DNA of 63,215 nt from a virus (IMGVR_UViG_3300020021_000008:1-63215), one strand, 5' to 3'; positions 9,483-19,887 are shown, numbered from the stretch's first letter. The notes: generated from the sequence alone by a model not told the origin. A program made the numbers and translations.

Positions 9483-11828
9483 TCAGCGTCCCCTCTTCAC
9501 GAGCTTGGCGTACTTGCCAGGTCGAGTAGGATCAGGAATGTACCACTCCCCATCAGGGGCTCGGCGAGCGCCGTGGACCGGAGGGAGATCAGATCCGGGT
9601 GCAGCAGGAAGAGGCTGTGGGCCTCCCGGTAGCATTCCACCAGGGCCGACGCCAGGAGGGGGCATGTCGCCCAGATGCTGTGGTAGCGTTGCCCCGACAG
9701 GAGGGGGTGCGGAGCCCATCTGCTGTGCTGGAGGCGTAGGTCCGGTCCCTGGTACCGCCGTACCTCCGGGGCCACTCCCAGCCGCCTCGTCTGCCTGGTT
9801 CATCTGCTGAATGCTGTCGAGGTGGCTTTTGAGCGAGTCCCCCACCAGCTGATGAATCATCGCCGCCAGGCCCTGCGGATCGGTCGGCAGCATTTTCTGC
9901 AGCGCTGCCATGCGCTTGGTCTCGGCCTCATAAACGTCGATATCCCGCATCTGGTCCTTCGAGGCAAGCTTCGCCTTGGCAAAGTCGATCTCCTGTTGCT
10001 GCTGTTGCACTTTACCTGCGAGCATCTTGAGCTGTTGCTGGGCTTGGAGTAGCTGCGGATCGGGAGCATCGCCAAGTGCCTGAGGTGGAACCATCCTTTT
10101 CAGCCGCAGTGCCGCCTCGTCCGCACCGGGGAAGTCTCCAGCCCTGAACAGAATGTCGCCAATCAGTGAGGCCATCTGTGGTGCCTGGGTGAGGATCAGA
10201 GTAAAGGCGTTGAAGGCCTCCTCGCGCCGAGTCGAGTACGCAGGACCCACGTCAGCTTGGACCTCATAGCGTCCGATGTTCGGGTTGAATATCCGCTGGA
10301 CGACCTTGTTAGTGTGGGAGAGCTTTTCGGCATATGCCTTCTGGGCTTGTGGATCAATCTCTACGTCCTGAGTGGTTCCGTCCTCGGCCATAATGAGCAT
10401 CAGGCGTTTGGTGTCGTAGATCTTAGGCACCAGATCCAGAATAATCTTCCCGGTAGTCCGAATTGCTATCGCGAGGTTGTCAATAAAATGGTAAGTGCTG
10501 TTGTCGCCCTTCCGCTGCCTCGCGTTGATGGCCGCCCCGGTCCGCTCTGAACCCTGTTGGCCCATCTGGGGCTCGTATTGCCCCGAGACCATCTGCATTT
10601 CCATACCAGCCGTCTGCATACCCTGGATGTAGGCCTGGGCCATGGTGGGCGGCTCTTGCCGCACCGGCGGAGCGAGTTGTTGGCCCTGATCATCATAGGC
10701 GTTGTACGGCAACACCGCGTAATTCTCTCTATTTCCGGTTTCCCAGTACTTTTCTTGGCCCTCAATGCTCTCAGCACTTGCGATGTAGGGAATTTTGTTC
10801 TGCAGCGCCACATTCTCCACCGCACTCGAGGTCCAGTAGTTGTACATCCGCTGAGCATCCTTGAGTGCCCTCGTGTGGCCCTTCCGATCGAGCTTTCCGT
10901 CGATCTTAGTCTCTTCCCCGACCACCCTCACGAGCGGAATGTACTTTCCAGGCCAAGTTTTGTGCTCCGCAATCTTGTGACCGACGATCTTATACCACTC
11001 CACGGTGGACGACACGGTTTCCCTGGTGGTGGTTTCGGGGTGATCGAGCACACTTTCGCGTAGTTCCTTTGGAATATCCGAGCGAAGGGTTGTTACTCGC
11101 TCTCCAGTTGAGGGATTGGTGAAATTCACCACCACACCTGGAGTGTCGACCTTGCGCCAGTAAGCGGCAATCCTTACAGTATCACCTCTCACCCACTGGT
11201 TTTCATTGCCGAACGGAGGGCTCGGCATATCGTCCACGTACTCGGGGTACTCTTTTTCGAACTCCTTACGCGAAATGTCAATAAACTCAAAAGCGTACTT
11301 CGCGTCCAGGCCATCTTTGCGTTTAATATCCGGGTCGAGGTAGATTAGTAGTGGGTCCGGGACCTCTTCAATGCAAATGTCCTGGTCGCTCGAGGTGTCG
11401 TCGATGTAATCAGTGGAAATTCGCCAATAACCTATGCCCGCTTTGACCTGGAACTCCGTAGCGGTGTCATACGCCACAGATGCGGCGCTCTGATACTCGA
11501 TATAGCGAACCAGCGCAGCGAGAACCTGGGCAGACTCGTAGCTCGCCCCGCCTCCAACCGGGCGCACACTTACGGAGGCCTTGTTCTGCTTGCTATCGTT
11601 GATGATTTGGAGATTGTGCTGGCGAGTTTTGTTGATCGTCAGGCAGGGCTTTTGGTCACTGACTCTCCCCTGCCACAGCATGTCCGGCCACTGCCAGTTA
11701 TTGTCGCTGTCCCCGTTCGCGAACTTGAGGTCCTCCATAAAGAGTTCCCGAGCCGTTGACTCGTAATCCTCGCACCGCTGAAAACGGTCCATTGCCTCGT
11801 CAAGAATGTCGTCGTCCTTCTCACTCAT
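9483..11828 (-). CDS. Portal protein, P22-like
   Basis: EDLKFANG..QW..KPCLTINK..KDAQRMYNYW..DVGPAYSTRREE; follows terminase. Confidence 0.92.
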   Translation of the reverse strand: MSEKDDDILDEAMDRFQRCEDYESTARELFMEDLKFANGDSDNNWQWPDMLWQGRVSDQKPCLTINKTRQHNLQIINDSKQNKASVSVRPVGGGASYESAQVLAALVRYIEYQSAASVAYDTATEFQVKAGIGYWRISTDYIDDTSSDQDICIEEVPDPLLIYLDPDIKRKDGLDAKYAFEFIDISRKEFEKEYPEYVDDMPSPPFGNENQWVRGDTVRIAAYWRKVDTPGVVVNFTNPSTGERVTTLRSDIPKELRESVLDHPETTTRETVSSTVEWYKIVGHKIAEHKTWPGKYIPLVRVVGEETKIDGKLDRKGHTRALKDAQRMYNYWTSSAVENVALQNKIPYIASAESIEGQEKYWETGNRENYAVLPYNAYDDQGQQLAPPVRQEPPTMAQAYIQGMQTAGMEMQMVSGQYEPQMGQQGSERTGAAINARQRKGDNSTYHFIDNLAIAIRTTGKIILDLVPKIYDTKRLMLIMAEDGTTQDVEIDPQAQKAYAEKLSHTNKVVQRIFNPNIGRYEVQADVGPAYSTRREEAFNAFTLILTQAPQMASLIGDILFRAGDFPGADEAALRLKRMVPPQALGDAPDPQLLQAQQQLKMLAGKVQQQQQEIDFAKAKLASKDQMRDIDVYEAETKRMAALQKMLPTDPQGLAAMIHQLVGDSLKSHLDSIQQMNQADEAAGSGPGGTAVPGTGPTPPAQQMGSAPPPVGATLPQHLGDMPPPGVGPGGMLPGGPQPLPAAPGSDLPPVHGARRAPDGEWYIPDPTRPGKYAKLVKRGR

Positions 11829-12030
11829 CGAGGTTACTCCGAGGAACGGGGAAGTAGATCAGCGGAATCACATGCACCCAGATATCTCGCAACACATCGT
11901 AGTGATAGTTTGGGTTCTCGCGCACGATCTTCAGCAGTGCCACATCGTGGAACACATCCATAGCGGTGATGAGTGAAGGTAACACCATCACTGCTGGGGC
12001 TGGAGGTAAAGGTAACACCCTGGCCATCAC
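11821..12030 (-). CDS. Hypothetical protein
   Basis: Overlap-coupled between terminase and portal. Confidence 0.5.
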   Translation of the reverse strand: MMARVLPLPPAPAVMVLPSLITAMDVFHDVALLKIVRENPNYHYDVLRDIWVHVIPLIYFPVPRSNLDE

Positions 12031-13388
12031 ATTTTCATCCAGTCGTGCTGGTTGCTGGGGGTGTTGTCGCGCGAGAGTCTTAGCGCCGCCTTCACCCGGT
12101 CGAGCACCGCCGCACCGCCTTTCGCAGGCTTTTCACGCAATCCGACCGCGAGATACCGAAACCCATCTGCTCCGTGTGAGGCCCAATCATGAACCGGTTG
12201 ACGGGACAGAGTACCAAGCTCCCCGGCCCGTTGAGGCTCAGAAACGATTTCATACCTGTAGTGACGGAGGGCATTGAGTCCATCAACGCATCGCTCACTG
12301 TCGAAGTAGATATTAGGGAACATGGTTCTGGCGGCATTGATCCCATCCTCCACACTTAGCCTTGGAATGATCCGGACCGTACGACCGGAGGCACGGACTA
12401 TTTCCTCGATACTTTTGCCAGTACCAAGGCTCTTCGCCCGCGCATCTGGCGGCAGCCAGAAGTCCCCATAAATGTAGGGCCGCTGCTGGCACTCCATGAG
12501 GTACCAGCCGATGGGCTTCTGAGTGTTTTCCACATAATCAATAATCCTGATTTCGAACCCCACGAGCTGGGCAAACCAGAGCGAGGTGCTGTCCGCCCAG
12601 CCCAGATCCCAGAACACATGGACGGGTTTGAGCGGCTCGTATGGCACCTTGGTGATGTGACCGCTCATAGTCGCCACCCGCAACTCTGTGGCGTAGACCG
12701 CGCCCTCCATCATCACCCGGCACTTGCCCTCCCAGACATTCAGGTACGCATCTGGGTCCTGGGCCCTCAGGTAGTCCTTCTCCCGCCTCATAGTCTCGGT
12801 GAACCAGGGGTTATCGCGCCACCCGATCTCCATGACCACGCCGTCATTGGGAGGCCGCACTACGAACCGCTGATAGGTGTCATCGGTCTCGAGCATGGGG
12901 TTGAACGAGACCCAAATTTCGCTGCCGATCTTACGTACTGTCGGAATCAATATGTCCCAGGAGGTCTTGGTGACCGCATGGGCCTCTTCCACCCAACAAA
13001 CATCGATGCCCTCGTAGGATTTAATCTTGCTCACATTCTGGCGAATACCCTCGAACGAGAATTCCGTTCCGGTGTTCCGACACTTGATGCTCGTCAGTTG
13101 CACCTCATAGTCGTCCTCCATGCCCAGCAGCACGATCTGATCGCTCAGCAGCTTATGCACCGAGTCCTTGATGGAGTTCTGAAACTCTCTGGCACAGAGC
13201 ACCCGGATGGTGCGCTGGTTGCCGATAATCAGTAGCGCCCTCGCAATACCCCAAGACTTCGCACCGCCACGGCCTCCCCACAAAACCTTATAGCGATGAG
13301 GTTGGAAGAGGAACTGCAGTTTCACCGGGAACTGGGCGATCGGGCCGGAGGGCGTAGCTGCTGCTGCTCCGTGGGGGGCAGTGGTCAT
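12027..13388 (-). CDS. terL: Terminase large subunit (PBSX-like)
   Basis: YKVLWGGRGGAKS Walker A, CAREFQNSI, WVEEA Walker B, WDLG nuclease motif, HDWASHGADGFRY. Confidence 0.95.
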   Translation of the reverse strand: MTTAPHGAAAATPSGPIAQFPVKLQFLFQPHRYKVLWGGRGGAKSWGIARALLIIGNQRTIRVLCAREFQNSIKDSVHKLLSDQIVLLGMEDDYEVQLTSIKCRNTGTEFSFEGIRQNVSKIKSYEGIDVCWVEEAHAVTKTSWDILIPTVRKIGSEIWVSFNPMLETDDTYQRFVVRPPNDGVVMEIGWRDNPWFTETMRREKDYLRAQDPDAYLNVWEGKCRVMMEGAVYATELRVATMSGHITKVPYEPLKPVHVFWDLGWADSTSLWFAQLVGFEIRIIDYVENTQKPIGWYLMECQQRPYIYGDFWLPPDARAKSLGTGKSIEEIVRASGRTVRIIPRLSVEDGINAARTMFPNIYFDSERCVDGLNALRHYRYEIVSEPQRAGELGTLSRQPVHDWASHGADGFRYLAVGLREKPAKGGAAVLDRVKAALRLSRDNTPSNQHDWMKM

Positions 13389-13885
13389 GGAACTGGACCC
13401 ACGTTCATTCCGTGAATGAACCCACGTTTGCCTGCCGGTTTCGGAGGCCAGGGCCAGTGCAGCGTCGGCAAATGCGAGGACGCAAGTGCGTTCTCAAGCG
13501 TGCCGACCACATTGGTGCTCTCGGGGGTGAGATTACGAGCGACGATAACACCTCTCGCTGGCCGCCCAAACAGGTGCCTCATTACCGGGAGGTACAGCCC
13601 AAGCAACTGCGCCTTGGCTTCCATCACATCGGTGAGCTTACATTCCATCACAAGCACCACGGTGGGCGTGACTCGCAGAAAGTCCGGCTGGCAGTACCCA
13701 ATTCCGCCCTCATCACAGAATTTAAACCACTGGCCGTGGAGCCATCCCGCGCCAAGAGCGCGGGATACCGCACGCTCGTACTGCAGGCCCTTGAGCTTTG
13801 CGCCTCTTGCGCGGGGAGTGCCGAAGGTGCTCGGTCGCTCCGCATGCGCCGTCCACTCGATCTCCCCAGTGATTCTCCGTCCCAT
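13385..13885 (-). CDS. PD-(D/E)XK nuclease-like protein
   Basis: GLQYE..QPDFL..VMECKL motif. Confidence 0.6.
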   Translation of the reverse strand: MGRRITGEIEWTAHAERPSTFGTPRARGAKLKGLQYERAVSRALGAGWLHGQWFKFCDEGGIGYCQPDFLRVTPTVVLVMECKLTDVMEAKAQLLGLYLPVMRHLFGRPARGVIVARNLTPESTNVVGTLENALASSHLPTLHWPWPPKPAGKRGFIHGMNVGPVP

Positions 13886-14529
13886 CAGGGGACCTCCTCG
13901 GAGTCCAGATCAATAACAGTGCGGGTAGTGTCGCGGCCCCCTTCGGGGGCCTCCGGAGTCGGAGTAACGAACTGCACCGTGAGGGACATGGACCCCGGGG
14001 GCTTTTGCGCAACGCCCTTAGTTAGTGACCGGTCGAGTGCCATCTCGGCGATTTCCTTTACCTCGCGGTTGGTGATCTTGTGGGGCTCCTCGTCAAGGCG
14101 CTGCTGGAGTTCCTCGACCGCCGTGATCGCCAGGGTGCCGAGGCGCTGGTGCACGTCGAGATAGATCGCCTCCTTCTGAGTCCGGTAGTATTCGATAAGC
14201 TCCTGAAACGCAGGGTCCCCTTTGAGTATGCTGATCCGCGATTGGCTATACCCCGTGATTGCCGAGATCTCTACCTGCTTGGTCCCATCTGCAAGTAACC
14301 TCGCGATGGTGTGGTGCCCGTGGCGGAGTTCCAACACCGTAGGAGTCTGACTCCCCACCTCGGGTGGGTCCAAAATCGCCGGCAGATCCCCATCATCCAA
14401 GTCCCTGACCTTGGCGATCTTTACCGCCCCGCCATGTGTCGGCCGAGCCTTCCGCGATCCCCTGGCGCTCCCGATCACCAGCGTCCGTGCGATCTCCTCG
14501 ACTTCCCGATCCAACTCGTCCATCACCAC
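13885..14529 (-). CDS. HTH protein, probable terminase small subunit
   Basis: HHTIARLLADGTKQVEISAITGYSQSRIS HTH; upstream of terL. Confidence 0.6.
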   Translation of the reverse strand: MVMDELDREVEEIARTLVIGSARGSRKARPTHGGAVKIAKVRDLDDGDLPAILDPPEVGSQTPTVLELRHGHHTIARLLADGTKQVEISAITGYSQSRISILKGDPAFQELIEYYRTQKEAIYLDVHQRLGTLAITAVEELQQRLDEEPHKITNREVKEIAEMALDRSLTKGVAQKPPGSMSLTVQFVTPTPEAPEGGRDTTRTVIDLDSEEVP

Positions 14530-14541
14530 AGTCCCATCACT

Positions 14542-14940
14542 CTATTGGTGCCTCAGCGCCCCATCCTGCGTCACTAGCGCATCCTCTGCTGGCCGATACT
14601 CATGCACCGTGTAGGGGTCCTCGCCCGGACCGTGAAGCGGAGCGAACGGGAGTTCCCCACCAATTCGAAACCACTCCCCAAGCTCATGGTTCTCAACCCT
14701 CCTACAGACCTCAAACATCCAGCGAAGCCAAGTGCGTTCGTTGTACGTGGCAGTCGGTACCGGGAAGTAGTGGTCCACCGTGTAGCGCGTGAGCTTATCG
14801 GGCTTCGCCGAGTCCCACCCTTCCACCCTCACCACCAACCTCAACGCCCCATCCTCGTCCTTCAACCTAAACCCCCACCCAGGTTTGCACTTCACCTTCT
14901 CCGCCAGTTCCCAGAGAATCTTATGAGTGTCCTGTGCCAC
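14542..14940 (-). CDS. Hypothetical protein
   Basis: GGAG RBS before GTG; first gene of the late strand. Confidence 0.65.
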   Translation of the reverse strand: MAQDTHKILWELAEKVKCKPGWGFRLKDEDGALRLVVRVEGWDSAKPDKLTRYTVDHYFPVPTATYNERTWLRWMFEVCRRVENHELGEWFRIGGELPFAPLHGPGEDPYTVHEYRPAEDALVTQDGALRHQ

Positions 14941-15561
14941 GGCTCCACTCCATCATGACTATCGCCGCATCTCGCCGCTATTGCGCGCGCGCGCGCGAGT
15001 GTGCGCAAGCGCGTTTGAAGAGGTGTGGGGAGGTTCGTGGGTCGAGGAACCTTCTGCTTCTCGTCGGCAATTGCTGTGCCGCCTCTCGGCGGTACTGGTG
15101 TGCTGGTGCATGAGGGGGCGAGGCTGTGGTACGAGTTGGTGGGCCGAAGGCCCACCGGAACGCCCCAGTTGGGTGTGACGTTTGTGGGTAAGCATAAACT
15201 GAAGCTCCGAGTAAAGCGTCTGGGGCCAGGCAATGCAAACCCACTCTCCATGGGTCAGGCCCCCGGCTGCAATCTGCAGTGGAACCCGGTGGGTTCCATC
15301 CCAAGCTGTGGTGTTGGCCGCTGCAATCTGGAGCTGGGTTGGCACGCCGCTTGCAAGGACCTTCGGTCCCCAGTCGGCGGAACAAACTGGGAACAAAAGG
15401 TGTCCGAATGCGATACATCGCAGCGGCCGGGGCGTTGTGGCGGACCCCAGCACCGAACGCGTCCACGGTGCCTTGCGGGCGTGTTTCCGGGCAAGTCCGC
15501 AAGGGGAGGGGCGAAAGCCCCTCTGTTCACATCGCTTCAATGTGACGCTTTAGGCCAAAGT

Positions 15562-15750
15562 CGGTCGGACGGCCGGACGGACAGAGCGATTGGCATGATG
15601 TTTGCAGGGCATGCAAGAAGCGTGCCAGGATTTGTAATATGTCTGTTGTCAGACAAATTTTTTTTTTGAAACCAAACTAGAAAACCCTCCCCAATCTCAC
15701 TCGACCCACAATCCGCCAAGGGGCGGATCGTCCGTCCGGCCGTCCGACCG
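15562..15750. repeat. Perfect 21-bp inverted repeat around an AT-rich/T10 core at the strand switch
   Basis: CGGTCGGACGGCCGGACGGAC (15562-15582) and GTCCGTCCGGCCGTCCGACCG (15730-15750); T10 at 15658-15667. Confidence 0.85.
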
Positions 15751-16124
15751 CGGACGGCCTTTCGGGTAATAACCACACCATATGAACGCGCGCCCTTCGG
15801 GCGCGTCCTGACGCGCCTAGCACGTGGCGCAAGGGCGCCCCCGCGCACGCACGGGCACGCACGTGAGGGAAACTCGCCCCAAAACTATTTTCGAAAGTTT
15901 GTGAGAAACCCCTTGAACCCGACACACCTACGCACCACATACCTATTGTGGGTGATACGAACCACGCGGCGCAGAACGCGCCACCTACGCGGACGTTGCG
16001 CACGGCCAAGGCCCTTCGGGCTGTTGGGTTATTTGAACCGCAAAGAACCATCGCTCCACGAACGCAGGATTGCGTTCGCAGATGGATCGCGCGGCAGGGC
16101 GCAAGCGCCCTGTTGTTAAACCCC

Positions 16125-16475
16125 GATGATCATGCCTCACAAGGGACGCGCACAACGCAAGGAACCTGTGATGCAAACTAAACAAACAGACTTCAAAGAT
16201 CCCACCTGTCGGACCGAAGTAATCGTTTACTTAGGTGCAACAGAAACCGTCAGTCTTATTGCCCATCGCAAAAATGCCAAGTTTGAAATTTGGGTGTGGG
16301 CAGACTCCAACGGAGATGGATACGTTACGAAACAACTGGGCAAACGTGCCTTTGGTTGGAAGCTGCATCGCGAAGCCTTCCAATCTTACCCTGCCAATCG
16401 CGGCGATATCTTCGCTGCTTCTAATCGCATTCCTTTCATCTAGCAACACTGCGTCCCTTATGAGGCATGATCATC
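16125..16475. repeat. 25-bp inverted repeats enclosing ORF 16171-16443
   Basis: GATGATCATGCCTCACAAGGGACGC (16125-16149) and GCGTCCCTTATGAGGCATGATCATC (16451-16475), 1 mismatch. Confidence 0.85.
16171..16443 (+). CDS. Early hypothetical protein
   Basis: AAGGA RBS, ATG 16171. Confidence 0.6.
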   Translation: MQTKQTDFKDPTCRTEVIVYLGATETVSLIAHRKNAKFEIWVWADSNGDGYVTKQLGKRAFGWKLHREAFQSYPANRGDIFAASNRIPFI

Positions 16476-16530
16476 AAAACCTGCCATCATGCCTCACAGC
16501 GCGCTTATGCACGCAAGGAGGCACAACGCA

Positions 16531-16785
16531 ATGTCACTTAACCGTAGGCTCTCCAATATCTACCGCGAACTCGGACTCAATCCGAACGCGCACCTACCGG
16601 ACCAAGGGCTCGCGCCCAGGTTTATCAACCACGTTCTCATTTGGGTTGCGCCAAAACACTTATCGAGGCGCATTGCACACCGAGTCATGTGTAGGTGCCC
16701 GATATGCGGAACAACTCTTTCCGCCGGTCGCCTTTACCAACACCAAGGCACCCAAACCTGCACCAACACCCTCAACCACAACTAA
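16531..16785 (+). CDS. Small Zn-finger-like early protein
   Basis: AAGGAGG RBS; CPICG..HQ....C. Confidence 0.65.
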   Translation: MSLNRRLSNIYRELGLNPNAHLPDQGLAPRFINHVLIWVAPKHLSRRIAHRVMCRCPICGTTLSAGRLYQHQGTQTCTNTLNHN

Positions 16786-16817
16786 TCCCCACAACTAATC
16801 CCCCACAACTACTCCCC
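16776..16817. repeat. Short tandem repeat CCACAACTAATCC, about 3 copies
   Basis: Read directly from the sequence. Confidence 0.7.
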
Positions 16818-16865
16818 TAGGCGCGCTTTGAAGCATGATGGCACAACCGAAAGCCGAGTATCATC

Positions 16866-17648
16866 ATGAGCATACTAAAGTTCGAGTCGCGGAACGTATC
16901 AATCCTCTCGCGTACCGTGGACTCCACAGCCGTTGATCCCATCAACGGTATCCCCTACCTCCTCAATTACGGCTTCGCTCAGTCCCTCCAAGACTCCATC
17001 GCGGGTCTTGTCAAGAACCTCAAGCTGGAGTTGCGGGAGGATGGCAAGCGCCACGTGCTCACCAATACCACCAAGGGCATGAGCAACGCGGAGCGGACCG
17101 ATCTCCACACCATCGCCGGTCAGACCTACGGTTACCGCTATTTCACGGCGGCAGCCATGGAGTCCGTCGCTTCCGGTTCGTTCTCCAAGGAGCAATTCAC
17201 GGAAGACGAACTGGCCAAACCGGCCCAGGAGAACCTTTACGACATGGCCGCGATCTACGCCGTGGTCAACGAAACCACCCAGGAGCGGATGGACGATATC
17301 ATCGCCGGCACCGTTGCCGTACGTGCTGCCTCCTCCGCCCCGAAGCTCGACCCTGTTACTCGTCGCATGAAGGAACTGGCTCTCGCCGAAGTGCAGAAGC
17401 GCATCAAGGCCCGAGCCGCTGCCGACCCCACCGCTCCGACCATCCCCGAGGCGGACGTGACCGGTTATGTGGAGTTGTACTTCACGAAGAACTACGAGCG
17501 GCTCAACACCGAAGCCCTGGCGTTTTTCAATCCGCCCAGCGCAACGATCGTTAAGACCCTTGATCTGTCGACCCTTTTTGGGGACGAGCCTGACGAAGGG
17601 GCGTCCGAGCAGTCCAATACCGACGAACCGAAGGAGGATGTTGCGTAA
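16866..17648 (+). CDS. Hypothetical helical protein (possible distant paralog of 36943-37548)
   Basis: Long ORF with typical codon use, followed by a terminator. Confidence 0.8.
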   Translation: MSILKFESRNVSILSRTVDSTAVDPINGIPYLLNYGFAQSLQDSIAGLVKNLKLELREDGKRHVLTNTTKGMSNAERTDLHTIAGQTYGYRYFTAAAMESVASGSFSKEQFTEDELAKPAQENLYDMAAIYAVVNETTQERMDDIIAGTVAVRAASSAPKLDPVTRRMKELALAEVQKRIKARAAADPTAPTIPEADVTGYVELYFTKNYERLNTEALAFFNPPSATIVKTLDLSTLFGDEPDEGASEQSNTDEPKEDVA

Positions 17649-17654
17649 TCCAGT

Positions 17655-17683
17655 GAGGGAGGCGAAAGCCTCCCTCTCTTTTT
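17655..17683 (+). terminator. Intrinsic terminator
   Basis: GAGGGAGGC-GAAA-GCCTCCCTC followed by TCTTTTT. Confidence 0.8.
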
Positions 17684-17726
17684 CCGCACCTCGAAGGTGT
17701 TACCTTCTACTCCAGGAGTCCGTCAC

Positions 17727-17984
17727 ATGAAAAACACCACCAGTGTTTCTGCATCCCTGCCGCGTATCATCGGCAGCATTTCCATCGCAATCATCAAGCA
17801 CGTAAACGTGCCCGTCGAGAGCGATCCGTCCGGCCGCTCCATTGGCGAGCTAATCGACGCTCACCTCACCGAGCAGTACAACCAGGGCAACGCGGTACAA
17901 TCCGTCACCCTGGAGTTGAGCGAGCCCCAAGCCCGTCTGGAGGAGTTCCACCAGCACAGTCCCTACGCCCGCGCCGTCGAGTAA
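17727..17984 (+). CDS. Hypothetical protein
   Basis: AGGAG RBS, ATG 17727. Confidence 0.6.
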   Translation: MKNTTSVSASLPRIIGSISIAIIKHVNVPVESDPSGRSIGELIDAHLTEQYNQGNAVQSVTLELSEPQARLEEFHQHSPYARAVE

Positions 17985-18177
17985 CTCCTCATGGTTCAAC
18001 TCCTGGCGTTTCTCGCAATCGCCACAGGGTGTCTCATTCTTGTGTCAGTTGTGCGTATCATCGAGACAATACAACGGGCGTTCAAACGCCCCCACCGTTA
18101 CAAACGCCCGCCACCTCCACCCTAACCTAAATCCCCCACCAAGCGGTGGGGGATCCTTTCACCTCCAGGGTGTTACC

Positions 18178-18501
18178 ATGGTGTTACCACCAGCCATCCG
18201 CAATACCACCTTCCGAGCCGCACTTACCTTCATCGGCATCGCCCAGGCACTCGACGTGCTATCCACCCAAACCGCGCTAGCGCACGGCTCAATCGAGCTA
18301 AACCCCGCCGCCCTCTACCTCCAGCAAACCCTAGGTCCAGTGTATTGGGGTGCCCCCAAACTCTTGATGGGAGCCATCGCCATCGCCATCGCGGCGCGGC
18401 TTTCTCCTCACCTCATCACCCCACCAGTCTTCTGGACAGCCCTAGTCATTGCCAAACTCTACGCCATCGTAATCCTCAACAACTACCTCCAACTGGTGTG
18501 A
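18178..18501 (+). CDS. Small membrane protein (DUF5658-like)
   Basis: LDVLST..G.IELNP motif and three hydrophobic helices. Confidence 0.6.
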   Translation: MVLPPAIRNTTFRAALTFIGIAQALDVLSTQTALAHGSIELNPAALYLQQTLGPVYWGAPKLLMGAIAIAIAARLSPHLITPPVFWTALVIAKLYAIVILNNYLQLV

Positions 18502-18773
18502 CACCAGCCAAAGCCCTGCACCAGTGTGCAGGGCTTTTCTCTGTGGTGTTACTTTCAGCTGTGCTTCTCAGCAAATCAAATCTCCAGTTAGCCAAAACCC
18601 TCCAGCACTAATCACACCTGCGCACGTGCAACACCCACACCCGACCCACCATTCGCCAAAAGAATATGTGTCCACCCCTATACCTCTTGCCAGTTCACAC
18701 CACCTATGCAACAATACAACTCAAGAGGTGCGTTCCGCACCTCTCTCCCCCTCAACTACTGAGGAGCACTCTC

Positions 18774-19235
18774 GTGCCCATCCCCAAGGAGCGACTCTTC
18801 GCTCTAATCGACGCCAGCCGTGAAATCCTAGCCACCAGCAAAAACCGTGATGCTGCCATCACCACAGCATTAATCCAGCACTCCGCCCAGCTAATTTCCA
18901 CTTCCCAGTTGGTTCAGCAAATTTACGAGGCCCTCGCGTTTCATCAGCCAGAAGCCCCAGCAATTCTCACCATCCAGCAAGAACACGCGTGGCGCATAAC
19001 CACTGGTGCTCGCAACGAGTACCGCAAGCTCTGGACTCAACAGCACCGGGCCGGACACTGGGCAGAGGCCGCGAGCGGCCTCGCTACTCGTGGATTCTCC
19101 CGAGAAGAGATCCTCGCCGAGTTCCGCCGTGAGAACAACATACCAGACCCCTCAACTATTACCCTCGAGACGCTTGGTCTCGCGGAGCCGCTTGGCTCTG
19201 CCACAATTACACTTAGTGAGGACGACCAGTCATGA
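18774..19235 (+). CDS. Hypothetical protein
   Basis: GAGGAG RBS before GTG 18774. Confidence 0.6.
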   Translation: MPIPKERLFALIDASREILATSKNRDAAITTALIQHSAQLISTSQLVQQIYEALAFHQPEAPAILTIQQEHAWRITTGARNEYRKLWTQQHRAGHWAEAASGLATRGFSREEILAEFRRENNIPDPSTITLETLGLAEPLGSATITLSEDDQS

Positions 19236-19711
19236 CCACAGGCCACGTCACCCCAGCCTCGCTCCTCAACCCAACGAACTTTCCCCCTCGCATCGACCGA
19301 TCCACTTCCATTCCCCCTGGCACCAAGCTTATCCTCGCCGCCGACCTCTCCCATCGAGACCTAACCTCCGCCGAGAAGCACGGATTACACTGGGGCACCC
19401 ACATCCTCATTACCCAGGATCGCGTTAACCAGCGCTTTTCAACCTGGGACGAAATCGACCACGCCCGCGCAGTCGTAGCCAGAGCCCTCGCCGACGAGCG
19501 GCGCAAAGCCACCAGAGCAGCGGAACTGGCCGAACGCGCAGTAGCCGGCGAAGCCCCACCACTCAAGCGCGAAACAAGCTCCAAAACACAGTGGCGAGCT
19601 AACCGCTCGCCAGAACAAATTGCCACTGACCGCCAGCGAGATGCAGAGCGCAAGCGGGCGGCACGGAGTGCCGCCAAAGCGGCACCAGTTAGCCAAGGCC
19701 ATTCCAGCTAA
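19232..19711 (+). CDS. Hypothetical basic protein
   Basis: ATGA overlap with the upstream gene. Confidence 0.6.
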   Translation: MTTGHVTPASLLNPTNFPPRIDRSTSIPPGTKLILAADLSHRDLTSAEKHGLHWGTHILITQDRVNQRFSTWDEIDHARAVVARALADERRKATRAAELAERAVAGEAPPLKRETSSKTQWRANRSPEQIATDRQRDAERKRAARSAAKAAPVSQGHSS

Positions 19712-19797
19712 CACCGACACCCCACTCCGGGCAGCCAAGGCGGAATCAGCATTGACCGCAATCCACCTCCTACAACCTAAGGTTGAGTAGATACCGG

Positions 19798-19825
19798 TTG
19801 CATATGTGTGTCATTGTGGTATCAT
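19798..19825 (+). promoter_or_regulatory. Putative sigma70-type promoter
   Basis: TTGCAT-N16-TATCAT with a TG extended -10 in an intergenic gap. Confidence 0.4.
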
Positions 19826-19861
19826 TGGGTTGCGGTCCCATGCCGCCACAGCGCTCCAGCT

Positions 19862-19887
19862 GGAGTCGAGTCCTAGGACTCGACTCC
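19862..19887. repeat. Perfect 26-bp palindrome
   Basis: GGAGTCGAGTCCTAGGACTCGACTCC. Confidence 0.8.

Larger units (their letters stand above)
16482..16843. repeat. 23-bp inverted repeats enclosing ORF 16531-16785
   Basis: TGCCATCATGCCTCACAGCGCGC (16482-16504) and GCGCGCTTTGAAGCATGATGGCA (16821-16843), 2 mismatches. Confidence 0.8.

Noticed and set aside
14959-16120. ORFs in the strand-switch region
   Set aside because: Overlapping, Arg/Pro-rich, with no clear RBS or motifs; the region looks regulatory
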